Assembly: GCA_951406725.2 (NCBI GenBank)
Contig: OX597819.1
Span: forward strand, 86,986,001-87,050,000
Reading direction: 5' to 3'
DNA from: Octopus vulgaris
Lineage: Eukaryota
DNA: 64,000 nt
The first letter of the stretch is position 1. Every line of letters starts with the position of its first letter. The notes under the pieces were generated by a model, which ran no database searches, was not told the origin of the DNA, and saw only the letters and a list, made by a program, of their open reading frames with translations. A program made the position numbers and the translations under genes. Positions 1 to 12,200 of the stretch are shown here, one piece after another.

Positions 1-753
1 TGTTAAATATCACGTGTAACATATCAACCACACGGTCTTGTCATGTTTTCTATTCTTCAGCAATGGTGACATCAATGATTCGTCATTCTTATTACTGCCT
101 TTTCTATTTCTCCTTTTGATATTTCTGTACAAATGTCTATATCAGATGGAGCATTCGTGATTTTTAATAGTGCTTTCATGTCGTGCGGGAGTTAAGGGGT
201 TATTAAGTTATTCAAAATTTTTTTTGCAATATCGGACTACCTCGCTTGTGTTCATTGTTTTTCACCGACTGACTTGGAAAGATTATGACAGTGACTGTTC
301 AGTATCTTTTAAATTCTATTCTATCTTCTAAGGCCTCTGCTTTCGTATTTTTATTACTTTATTACACGGAACTTTTTTATGGTTCGCCTTTGAGAACATC
401 GTCCGACATCTTCAAACTTTCTGATCCGGTTCTCCAATTTCTTCCCACATTGTCTCTGTTTCTGAAGATTAGGCCAGTTACTTCTTTTCAAGCTTTCAGA
501 CCGACAGTTTCTGCGACTTTGACTATTGTTTCTTTAAACGATGTAAACACCTGTTCTCTTGTTATCCGTTTCGAGATGTAGCGAAAGTATGAAAGCGCCT
601 CCTGTCTATATTTCAAACTTTCGAGTTTGGTCTCTATCAGCATTTTTATTTACATCGTACATACATATATACATACATACATACATGCATACATAATGAT
701 GTAACCATACACACACACGCACACATAAATATGTATGTGTGTGTGTTTGTGTA

Positions 754-795
<42 letters not shown>

Positions 796-1189
796 AAACA
801 GATAGACAGATGTATACATACACAAACACATAAGCACAAACATGCAAATATCCACATACGCGCACGCGCACACACACACTCACACGCACACACACACTCA
901 CACGCACACACACACGGACATATAAGATTATACAAAGCTGATCTATGAGAAATAACACTGAGTTCCCAGGGGCATGAGTTTGAAGAATGGAGACGTGTCT
1001 TTGTGACTTGTTTACCCTCCATTATTTGACAACCGGTATTGTTTTGTTTACGTCCCCGTAATTTAGCGGTTCAGCAAAAAAAAAAAAAACATAGAAGTAG
1101 TAGACTTTTAAAAAGTACCACGGTCGACTAAAACCCTTCAAAGCGATGCTCCTGCCTGGCCTCAATCCAATGACTGAAACAAGTAAGAC

Positions 1190-1575
1190 GGTGATAAGAA
1201 GCTTACTTCCCAACCACATAGCTCCGGGTTCAATCCCACTGCGTTGCACTTTGAGCAAGTGTCTTCTACTATAGCCTCGGACTGAGCTAAGTCTTGTAAG
1301 TGGATTTGATAGATGGAAACTGAAAGAAGCCCGTCGTATGTGTGCGTGCGTGTTTGTGTCTGCCTTTGTGTTAGTATTTGCCCCCCCCCCCCCAATTACA
1401 CACACACACCGCTTGACAACCTGTGCTGGTGTGTTTGCGTCCCCGTAGCTTAAAGGTTTGGCAAAAGAGACCGATAGAATAAGTACTAGGGTCGACACAT
1501 TCGACAAAAGATTCTTCAAGACGGTGCTCCAGCATGGCCGCAGTCTAATGGCCGAAACAAGTTAAAGATAAAAGA
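1190..1575 (+). mobile_element. tRNA-derived SINE family A (bipartite, internal microsatellite); a partial 3' half also lies at ~1025-1185
   Basis: Head with B-box-like gggttcaatccc, body 'gcaagtgtcttctactatagcctcgg...gaaactgaaagaagcccgtcg', internal (TG)n, and 3' half 'cttgacaacc...gctccagcatggccgcagtc'. About 19 related copies or fragments occur in the window. Confidence 0.85.
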
Positions 1576-1714
1576 TAAAACGACATAAGCACAACTGGAG
1601 ATTAGTGCTCCGTCTCTCGGCGTTTTCCTTCTCTTTAAACTGTATATTTTTAAACGATATTTTGCAGCGAATACGTTTTCAAAAGTGTAGATTACATAAC
1701 GCAGATGTTTCAAT

Positions 1715-1910
1715 CATATTAATAGTGGTTTCGAATTATGGCACTGGGCCAGCCGTTTTTGAGAAGCGAGGGAAGTCGATTGCATCATCTCTAGTACTTG
1801 ACTGCTACTGAGTTTATTTTATCGATTCACGAAAGGATGAAAGGCAAGGCCGACGCCGGCGAAATTTGAACTCAGAACGTAAATGCCGCTCAGCATTTTC
1901 CCTAGTGTGC
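1715..1910 (-). mobile_element. SINE family B fragment
   Basis: 'gaaaggatgaaaggcaaggccgacgccggcgaaatttgaactcagaacgt' matches the copies at 35005-35238 and 60257-60492. Confidence 0.75.
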
Positions 1911-2004
1911 AAAGTCTAAGATGCAAAGGGTATGGAACTTGAAGGTGATAAAGTTAGGATGGGTGGCTCCAGAACTCACTCCAAATATTTTTTTGTTTTT
2001 TCAA

Positions 2005-2307
2005 TTCTTTTCTTTTACTTGCCTCAGACATTGGACTGTGGCCACGCTGGGGAACCACGTAGCAGTGTTTAATCGAACAAATCTACTCCAGTGCTTTTTT
2101 TTTTTTTACTTTGATATTTATATTAATAAGTTTAATACTTATTTTATCAGTCTATTTTGCTAAAACGCTAAATTATGGGAACGTAAATAGATCGACACTT
2201 GTTGTCAAGCGGGATGAGACTGGAAAAGCACAAACAGAAAGAGACACACATAAACTAACACATATTTGCATTCATAGACACACACACACGCGTACACATA
2301 CACATAA

Positions 2308-2355
<48 letters not shown>

Positions 2356-2539
2356 ACTCTATTATTATTATTATTATTATTATTATTATGAGATGCAGCA
2401 CGAAGTTTTGTCAGTGAACAGGTCGCGGTCTCAAAGCGACGAAAATACTTTGACAAATTAAATTTAAATGTTGAAGTGAATCTAACGGTTTTGTGTGTTT
2501 CTTAAATGGCTTATAAACACCTTCCACGCTGCAATTGTT

Positions 2540-2604
<65 letters not shown>

Positions 2605-2735
2605 GATGGGCTTCTTTCTACCAAATCCAATAGCACAGTTTGGTCGACCCGTGGATTTATTGTAGAAGACTATTGCCCAAAAGACGATGTAGTGGGACTG
2701 AACCTGAAACCATGTGGTTGAGAAACAACCACGCC
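2005..2735 (-). mobile_element. SINE family A, interrupted in its central microsatellite by a hammerhead-bearing segment
   Basis: 3' half at ~2005-2300 and 5' half at ~2602-2735, separated by (TA)n, (TAT)n and a ~150 bp insert. Confidence 0.75.
2407..2457 (+). ncRNA. Minimal type I hammerhead ribozyme-like fold, G3:C8 variant
   Basis: TTTGTCA-GTGAACA-G-GTCGC-ggtctcaaa-GCGAC-GAAA-atac-T-T-TGACAAA: 7-bp stem I, 5-bp stem II, GAAA. A second copy lies at 35806-35856. Confidence 0.6.
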
Positions 2736-3380
2736 TGATCAATATATTTTTTACGTATACCCTCCAAAAGGTAACTATGAGAAGTTTCATTATAAAGTAT
2801 GCATTTTGCAGAAAATTACGAAAAATCAAAGACGAGAGAGCCGATGGGGGCACCAATCTGTACTTATACTCGCACATATATACGTGTGCGCGCGTGCTGT
2901 GTGAGTGAGAGAGAGAAAGATACAGACAGATAGACAGACTGACGGGCTGACAGACCGAACGAGTGTGTGAGTGAATGAGTGAGTGAACGTTCTGGTTTAT
3001 GGGTATTCGTAGTTATATGCAGTATATATAAAACATTAGACATTGATAGAATAATTGAAAAATTTATATTTATAAAGATATAATTCCGCACGAGCCAGCG
3101 TTGGATGTAATATATTCGTGTGAAGTCAACACGTTAGACTTAGCTATTTAACTTAAAATTCAAACTCAACAGCGGATGTTTTTAGAAAACAAACACTTAT
3201 AGTCGCGCGCGCTAGAAAGTTTAGGCTGGCTCTAGTTTAAATACACACGCATGGAGTTAAGTTCTTCCTATATTTTCGAATGTTTGTTTCTGTTGTGGTA
3301 TAAAACATACATAACCGTAAATGTTCTCTTAGCATATATATGCTCTGTGTGTGTGAGTGAGTGTGTGTGTGTGTGAATGA

Positions 3381-3431
<51 letters not shown>

Positions 3432-3439
3432 ATATGTTT

Positions 3440-3624
3440 CAATCATTAGACTGTAGCCATTGTTGGGGCACTGCCTAGAATTCTTAGTCGAATGAATCGT
3501 CCCGGTACTTATTCTATAGGGCTCTTTTGCCGAACCGCTAAGCTAAGGGATGCAAAGATACCAACACCAGTTGTCAAGCGGTGGTGGTGGGGGGACAAAC
3601 ATGGACACAGAGATACACGCATAT

Positions 3625-3679
<55 letters not shown>

Positions 3680-3820
3680 TACACACACATACGACAAACT
3701 TCTTTCAGTTTCCGTCTACCAAATTCACTCACACGGCATTAGTCGGCATGAGGCTATAGTATAAGACACTTGCCCATGTGGCTGGGAAGTAGGTTTCTTA
3801 CTACACAGCCACGCCTACCA
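3440..3820 (-). mobile_element. SINE family A
   Basis: Both halves are present with (TA)n/(CA)n between them; part of the head is deleted. Confidence 0.8.
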
Positions 3821-3823
<3 letters not shown>

Positions 3824-3859
<36 letters not shown>

Positions 3860-3938
3860 CATGCATACATACATGCACTCATACACATACATACATACAT
3901 ACATACATACATACATACATACATACATACATACATAC

Positions 3939-3969
<31 letters not shown>

Positions 3970-4086
3970 CATACATACGTACATACATACATACATACAT
4001 ACATACATACATACATACATACATACATACATACATACGTACGTACATACATACATACATACATACATACATACATACATACATAC

Positions 4087-4117
<31 letters not shown>

Positions 4118-4130
4118 CATACATACATAC

Positions 4131-4190
<60 letters not shown>

Positions 4191-4200
4191 GTATATATAC
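3824..4200. repeat. (TA)n then (TACA)n microsatellite
   Basis: Read directly from the sequence; about 80 ACAT units. Confidence 0.97.
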
Positions 4201-4306
4201 GTATGTGTGTTATGTAGGTAACTAACTATATATATATTTTTTGAATCCATGTGGAACTCTCCCACCACATAGTAGATCTTATTGTTTGTTATACGCCGGA
4301 TACATG

Positions 4307-4354
<48 letters not shown>

Positions 4355-4745
4355 ACACATTAACAGAACCTTGGCTTTCCCATCGTTGTTCAGACGGTCC
4401 CGTAAAATTTTGACTATGTTTACACAATTATTAAGCTGTAAATTGCATCATCTTTCTCACAACTACAAAATACAAACATGCCACATACGTACTTTCACAC
4501 ATGCACATGGCCACATTTATATGCATATATGCGTTTGTATACACACTAAACATATGCATTCATATACTGTTTGTTTGTTTGTTTGTTTTTCTTATCTTTC
4601 TTTATTAAAGGATGGAGACAGATGGCTCTTCTTGTTTACTTGCAGGTGCAATAATCGGCACGAAACTAAATTTGACGGTAATATTTTGACCAGTTATGTG
4701 TCCTAACCAGTAATATAATGCTCGACAATATATATGTATATATGT

Positions 4746-4792
<47 letters not shown>

Positions 4793-4802
4793 TTCAAATA
4801 TG

Positions 4803-5160
4803 CGTAGGCGTCGGTATGTGGTAAGAAGCTTGCTTCCCGACCATAAATGTCGAGAGTTCAGGCCTCGTGAGTGGATTTGGTAGTCGGAAACTGAAAGAAG
4901 CCTGTCGTATATATATACATGTGTGTGTGTGTGTGTGTGTGTGCATGCGTGTGTGTGTGTGTGTGTGTGTGTCTTTGTGTCTGTATTTGTACTCCAGCAA
5001 CGCTTGACAACCGGTACAGGTATGCTTATGCCCCCGCGTAACTTAGCTGTTCGGCATAACAGACCGATAGAATAAGTACCGGGCTTAAGAAAAAGTAATT
5101 ACTGTGGTCGATACATCCGGCTAAAAATTCGTGAACGCACTGCTTCAGCACAGCCGGTAA
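4803..5160 (+). mobile_element. SINE family A
   Basis: Head 'ggcgtcggtatgtggtaagaagcttgcttccc', internal (TG)n, and a 3' half. Confidence 0.75.
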
Positions 5161-5243
5161 AACATAAACGATAACTATATATAAATGCACATATACACAT
5201 ATACATATGTATGTATACACACATAAGCACATATATGTATATG

Positions 5244-5295
<52 letters not shown>

Positions 5296-5315
5296 TATAC
5301 ATACATATATATATG

Positions 5316-5367
<52 letters not shown>

Positions 5368-5953
5368 GGATAATAAAACGAGTGGTTATGGTTTACACCT
5401 GGTAGCTTCACTTAAATTCCTATCTATCTATCTATTTATCGGTCTGTGTCTCCGGCAGGATGTATATATGTGTGCCTACGTACGTTTCTGTGTGCGTGCG
5501 TGTGTGTGTGTGTGTGTGCACCCACACACATATATACGCACACACACACGCACACACGCACGCGTTTCCTTGTTTTCCCTTGTGTACAATAAGAATGATG
5601 AAATCCGTCTTTTCACTCACTCCGTCGTTGGCAGATATATTTTTAGTCCCGTCATATCATACAGTGTTGTTTATTTATTTATTTATTTATTTATTGTCTT
5701 CTTCTTAATAATAAAGTGTGTTCCCTTTTGCTGGTACATTAGAAAACGTATAATAACAAAACTTAAAAAATCAAAGAATATATATGCATGCATGCGTGTA
5801 TGTGTATGCATGTAAATATATGAATATATATGTATGAAAAGTATGTGAGCGTGTTTGTATATTGAACATATTAACAAAGCCAACGGTAACAAGAGGAACA
5901 AGATGAACGTTGAAAGTAAGAATGAATCGTTAGAAATCTCACACGTCACTCAC

Positions 5954-6032
5954 CTATCATAGTGCCAACGATTAACGTAATTCCCGACATCAGTCCTAAA
6001 TTTTTCTTTAATTTTACCGTTTCTTCTCCCAT
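5954..6032 (-). CDS. First coding exon of an SLC7-family (LAT/b0,+AT-like) amino-acid transporter light chain; exon 5954-6054 including 22 nt of 5'UTR
   Basis: The reverse strand reads tttctgcag|ttcgtgaaaaacagaatcaaagATGGGA...ACTATGATAG|gtgagt. Translation MGEETVKLKKNLGLMSGITLIVGTMI-G matches the SLC7 TM1 pattern (LKK.LGL.SG...IVGT.IGSGIF). There is an in-frame TGA upstream, strong Kozak context aaagATGG, and a canonical phase-1 GTGAGT donor. The next exon was not found in 1-5953. Confidence 0.88.
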
Positions 6033-6334
6033 CTTTGATTCTGTTTTTCACGAACTGCAGAAACTAGAGTTTTCAGTTTACGGGACAATATCTAATGTGT
6101 GGAAATATATATATAGATATAATTAAATATACGTATATATATATATGTGTGTGTGGTGGTGGGGGGGCGTGTGCGTGTGGGTGTGTTTTGGAAGGGGTGA
6201 GTAGGTGAATGTGCAAAGAAGAGAGAGAATGAGAGAGAGAGAGAGAGAGGGAAACGGATAAATAGACGGAGAGCCAGACAGACAAGCAGTTAGACTACCA
6301 GAGAGAAAGAGAGAGAGAGAGAAAGAAAGAGCGT

Positions 6335-6365
<31 letters not shown>

Positions 6366-6473
6366 AGCGGGAGAAAGAGAGAGAGAGAATATCAGCTGTC
6401 TCTGTCAATAAGTATTTCGTAAGTCTTCCGAATGTTTCCAGATGGGGTTGACTTAGATTGATAGGTAAATAGG

Positions 6474-6655
<182 letters not shown>

Positions 6656-6989
6656 GTTATTTGGACAGATTTTTATATCGTCAAATTCGTGATTTCAAAC
6701 ATACAGCCATCCATACATATACACATGCATGAATACATACGTACATACATACATACATGCAAGCTTATACATACAATATGGGTGCGTAAAAAAATGCCTT
6801 CCTTAGTCTTTTGCAGACAAATAAAAGCTGAATGGAATGAGTTTTAATAAGTAAATTTGAAAGAAAGGAGGGAAAAAGCAAACAATAATAAGCAAATAAT
6901 GAATAACGATGAAACAAAAAAAAAACTTGTGTATTGCTTTCATTAACTGTTGCTGCTGTCACTGTTGCTACTGATTCGTATGGGATACA

Positions 6990-7043
6990 GGAGGAGGAGG
7001 AGGAGGAGAATAGTAAAGGCTATAGCTGGTGGTGGTGGTTATG

Positions 7044-7111
<68 letters not shown>

Positions 7112-7299
7112 GGTAGCAGCAGCAGCAGCAGCAGTGGCAATCGAGGTGGTTGAGGGCGACGGTGGTAGTGTTTGGTAGTGGTGGTGTAGGTGGTAACCAG
7201 CTGCTGTCGTTGCGTTGCCTTTGTGTATTTTTTCAATGCTTGAACATGGGGAGAAAGAAGACTGGATGGAGGAATGGTGGTTTGTCAACGTCACTTCTT

Positions 7300-7363
<64 letters not shown>

Positions 7364-7430
7364 TGTTGTAGTTGTAGTAGTAGTAGTAGTAGTAGCAGCA
7401 GCAGCAGTCGTAGTTCTTGTTGTTATTGTT
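6990..7430. repeat. Trinucleotide microsatellite cluster (GGT/AGT/AGC)
   Basis: Read directly from the sequence. Confidence 0.95.
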
Positions 7431-7617
7431 GTTCGTTTTGACTTTCTTCGTAGTTTTTAGTACTCATAATCGTTGTCATCGTTGTTCTCGCTGTAATCAT
7501 CGTTGCTACATGACGCAGGCGACAATGTCCATCGAAATCGAAATAAAATTTTACTGAATAAGAAATTTATCATTCCAAAATTTCACTTAAATGTCTATCT
7601 ATCTGTCTATCTACCTG

Positions 7618-7667
<50 letters not shown>

Positions 7668-7694
7668 GATCTATCTATCTATCTATCTACCTAC

Positions 7695-7745
<51 letters not shown>

Positions 7746-7750
7746 CCTAC

Positions 7751-7793
<43 letters not shown>

Positions 7794-7815
7794 CCTGTCT
7801 ATCTATCAATCTATC

Positions 7816-8928
7816 GCCGTCCTGGGTCGACCTTGAGTGACTTCAACACAACCAAAGCATTCTATAGGGGATTAGTGGAGGGGAGGTACGACGACGAGCT
7901 CGGGGCGAACCTGGACGTCGACGAGGAGTACCTGACCCGCCTGTTCAGGACGACTTTCGGGCCAGGGCCCATGGACAACTTCCAGAGATCCCTGGCCTGG
8001 CAGTGCTACCGAGAAGCGCTACCCGTTCGGGATAAGCTCTACAGACACGGCTCGAGAAACACGGGGCCGACCTGCCCGAGATGCGGTCAGGGCGACGAAA
8101 CCGTTCTGCACGCACTCGTGCAGTGTCCAACAATTTCCGACCTGTGGGCTTGTGTCGAACAACTGCTGTCACGTGTGGGACGAGTCGGTTTATCAGCCGA
8201 GTCTATCGTCAATATTGTCACGCCTCCTTCCTTCAAACGGGAAGGAAGAGCTATTTTCATCATCCTTGTGGCTATGGCGAAAGAATGTATCTGGTGGACG
8301 CGTCTGAAAGGAATGGAGACAAACACTTTCCTCTCTGGTCAATCTCTCATCAACTTCTTCAAGTACCACTTGAAAAGGAAAGTGAGAGTAGAGAGGCAAG
8401 TTTTGTCTAGCGAATGTTTTAAAAAAAGATGGGTGAATGTAGCAAGGATGGCACGTATGAATGACGAAGCCACCTTGAGCATAATCCTATGAACCCAGAA
8501 ATTGAAAACAGAGGGCTACCCACTTGCAAACAAATGTGGTAACATATAACAATATTGACCAAGGTTACCGTGGTCTTTTTCGTAGGCTTTTCTTCCCACG
8601 GATAAACCTTACTTGCTTTCGCCTTTACACCATATATCATAACACTGTGATACACGATCCCTATTGATCGTTTTTTTTTTCGTTTTTTTTCCTCTTCCCC
8701 TTTTTTTCCCCTTTTTTCTTCTCTTTTCATTTCTCTTTTCTTTTGTTCCTTTTCCTTTTCTTTTTTTTTTGTTTGTTCTTTTCTTCCCTTTTACGATCCC
8801 TCTTGATCGAAAACCTACGCCACCCTTTTTTTTTCTTTTGTTTTTTGTTTTTTTCATCCCCCAAAAGAAAAGCTCTACCTTGTAACTTGTCCCATCTGTG
8901 TGCAGCCCTGTGTGGCCAATAAAGAAAC

Positions 8929-8930
<2 letters not shown>
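7816..8930 (+). mobile_element. 5'-truncated Tx1/L1-clade LINE (ORF2 C-terminus with zf-RVT, plus 3'UTR) flanked by (CTAT)n on both sides
   Basis: Open frame to 8492 with '[15 protein letters not shown]...[18 protein letters not shown]' (CCHC zf-RVT motif). T-rich 3'UTR, AATAAA at 8918, then (ATCT)n at 8931-9009; (CTAT)n upstream at 7594-7815. Confidence 0.9.
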
Positions 8931-9009
<79 letters not shown>

Positions 9010-9058
9010 GGACTGTGTCTCCTGCAGTATGTGTGTACCTACGTACGTTTCTCTCTCT

Positions 9059-9116
<58 letters not shown>

Positions 9117-9169
9117 CTCTATACACATAGTTCAATCAACTTACGCATTAACCTTTTCTTTATCCGTCC

Positions 9170-9205
<36 letters not shown>

Positions 9206-9513
9206 CACTCACTCGCTGTATCTCACTATCTGTCCTTCACTCTCCTTTCAACCAAATGACCATCCATCCACCTATCGATTGATCGATCCATCCATCCATC
9301 CATCCATCCCGTATCTATTTATGTAGGTATTTTATTCATCTAACAGGTCAATTAATCAATCAATTAATCAATCAGTGAATCAATCAATCAATAAGTCACC
9401 CAATCAACATATATAATTATAAATATTTAATTGGCAGAAGTTGGAAAATGATTCAATAATCCAATGTTTCATATATTCGCACTTACCAAACTCTGCCGAT
9501 TATATAAGTGTGT

Positions 9514-9550
<37 letters not shown>

Positions 9551-9584
9551 GGAGTCGCAGAGATGTTATGTGCCTCCGGTTATC

Positions 9585-9644
9585 GAGTCTGACGAGTCAG
9601 CTATAATACTAAGAACTTTGCAGGTGCGAAACCAATAGTCACTC
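9585..9644 (+). ncRNA. Type I hammerhead ribozyme-like motif with canonical core
   Basis: GAGT-CTGACGA-[imperfect stem II]-GAAAC-caata-GTC-ACTC: intact CUGANGA, GAAA, GUC triplet and 4-bp stem I. Confidence 0.65.
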
Positions 9645-9904
9645 TCTGACTGGCCATAACCAACAATCTTTTAGTTATATATATAAACGAGGCGTATTCT
9701 CTCTCCTGATAACTCCATAAGCCTGCAAGTGTCCGATATGCGGAACTTTCAACCGGTAGCACTTGTGTCCACAAGTTGTTTGAGATTAATCTATATAGGC
9801 TCTCTGTCTGTCTGTCTGTCTGTCTGCCTGCCTGCCTGCCTGCCTACCTCCCTCTCTCTCTCTCTCCCTTTCTCTCCGCCCCTCTCTCTCATTCTCTCCC
9901 TCCC

Positions 9905-9952
<48 letters not shown>

Positions 9953-10044
9953 TGTGGTAAAAAGCTTGCTTTCCCAGCCTCGGACCGACCAAAAATGGAT
10001 TTGGTAAACGGAAACTGAAAGAATCCCGCCGTGTGTATATACAT

Positions 10045-10337
10045 TGTTATTTGTTCCTTCTCGAGCCACGCCTGGCTCATAGGGGCCGGTTTCCCGGTTT
10101 TCTTGGCGTATAGGTTTCCCACCGGTCCGTCGCAGGTGAACTGCAAGATGCAGGAGGAAGGAGTGAGAGAAAGTCGTGGCGAAAGAGTCGGCAGAAGTTC
10201 GCCATTACCTTCTGCCGGAGCCGCGTGGAGCTTAGGTGCTTCGCTCATAAACACACACATCGCCCGGTTTGAGATTCGAACCCGCGATCCCTCGACCGCG
10301 AGTCCGCAGCTCTAGCCACTAGGCCATGTGCCTCCAC
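10045..10337 (-). mobile_element. tRNA-derived SINE (family C head, alternative 3' tail) inserted after a SINE A head (9952-10030)
   Basis: Reverse head gtggaggcacatggcctagtggctagagctgcggactcgcggtc...gggttcgaatc contains A and B boxes. Near-TSD gtgtgtata(ta)cat. Confidence 0.85.
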
Positions 10338-10343
10338 GTGTGT

Positions 10344-10409
<66 letters not shown>

Positions 10410-10415
<6 letters not shown>

Positions 10416-12145
10416 TTTAATCCAAACGGGAAAACAAAAAAAAAACAACAACAATGGAACAATTACAGTATTATTATTAATAGGCGCTCAGGAAATGGAA
10501 GCAGGAAGGTATGACGTTTCGAGCGGAGCTCTTCGTCGGAAACATAAAGAAGGAAGAGAGAGGAAAGAAAGATCCCAAAGCGGGCAACAGGAGATAGAGA
10601 AAAAAACGACTGGTGTTTACGAGTTACACATGGTGAAAGGCGGAAGTTTACGATAACAAGAGCAAAGTAGGTTTTTAAAGCCAAAAGAGTGGAGACAAGG
10701 TTGGTAACGCAACAGATGTGTGTGTATGTGTGAGTGTGTGCGTGTGCGTGTGTATGTGTGTGTGTGAGGCGAGATAAAAAAACAAAAAATATATGTATGT
10801 GTTAGTGTGTGCGTCTGTGTGTAGGCGTGTGAGGTAGGGCGAGACAGTAGTAGGCGTAGCAGACAGTTGTCAGTAGTAAGAAAAAGAAGGAAGGAGGAAG
10901 GGAGGGAGGGGAAGAGGTGGGGGCGTATGTAGCGTGCCAGCGTGTGTTGAGTAGTAGTGTGTGTGTGTGTGTCCAGTGTCGTGGTAGTATTAATGGCGAG
11001 TAGATTGAATGTGCGTAAGAGTAATGTATATATTTAAGCAATGTGTGTATATGTGTGCGCGTGTGTGTAACAAAAAGGGGGGGTTAAGGAAAAAGGACTC
11101 CAGCTGAGGGGAATATGGAAGAGTGGTCCCGCGGAGACGGGCGTGGGAAAACCCAACGACAAGCGACGGTGCCCAGGAACGAGCGGGAGGTCTCGTCGGG
11201 TCCAAGAGCGAGGTGCATGCAGCGCGTATGCGTGCGCGAACCGGCGCAAGCGCGTGTGTGCGCGCGCCTGCGAGTATGCGCGTAAGTATGTATGTGTGTG
11301 GATGTGTGAGTGTGTCTGTGTGTATGTCTGGGTGTCAGTGTGTCCGATGAATGTATGTGAATATAGTGTAATAAATAAAATATATGCATACATACATACA
11401 TACATATATGTACGTACCTACATCTACATGTATATATACATGCATATATAAATATATATACGTGAGTACAGGACACCACAAATAGACGTAGAACTCAACG
11501 AGAAACGAAAACGTAAAAACAAGCATGGAACAGACCATTTTTTTACAACGAAAAACAGAGTACAAGACGTAACTACACAAGGAAAAATCCCCTTCACCAG
11601 CTGTCCCTAGTTCAACTCCAGCGTGTTTCGAAGGTGAGGACAGAACACGATTCGTCGAACTAGCCCTTCCCGCGAAAGAATTAAATAAAATTACTTCGCA
11701 GAGGGGTAAAAACAAAGAAAGAAAAAAATGTAACACAAACAGGACGTAAAAACGAAACGAATAAAATTACAAAATAAAATACAAAATAAAAATACAACTA
11801 CAAAAAAATATAATACTAGAAATAAAAACAAACAAGAAAACATGCGAAAAGGGCCTTTTTTTGGCCTAGACGAGGAAGATTCTGGAGAGCGCAAGAAAAA
11901 CCGTGTGTTTACAGTTAGGAGGCCGCATGTAAAAGGAAGTAGTTGGCTGGCTGTGAGAGAGATGAGGAGGAGTGAGAGAGAGAGAGAGAGAGAGATCGGG
12001 AAAGAAGGGAAGGTAAAGCAAAGAGGTATAGAGTTTCGCGTCATAATTATATATAAAAGCAGTAGTTGGAGAAGAAGAGACGAAACGAAACGAAACGAAT
12101 CGAATCGAATCGACGCGAGGGCGCTCAGTCATACAATAGTGTAAT

Positions 12146-12200
<55 letters not shown>

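Noticed and set aside
1-640. Purine-rich minus strand resembling a decayed LINE ORF1
   Set aside because: Multiple stops and no diagnostic motif; it cannot be assigned without a search.
7503-7815. N-terminal part of the 329-aa ORF (YLSI repeats)
   Set aside because: It is read-through of the (CTAT)n microsatellite into the LINE fragment, not a real fusion protein.
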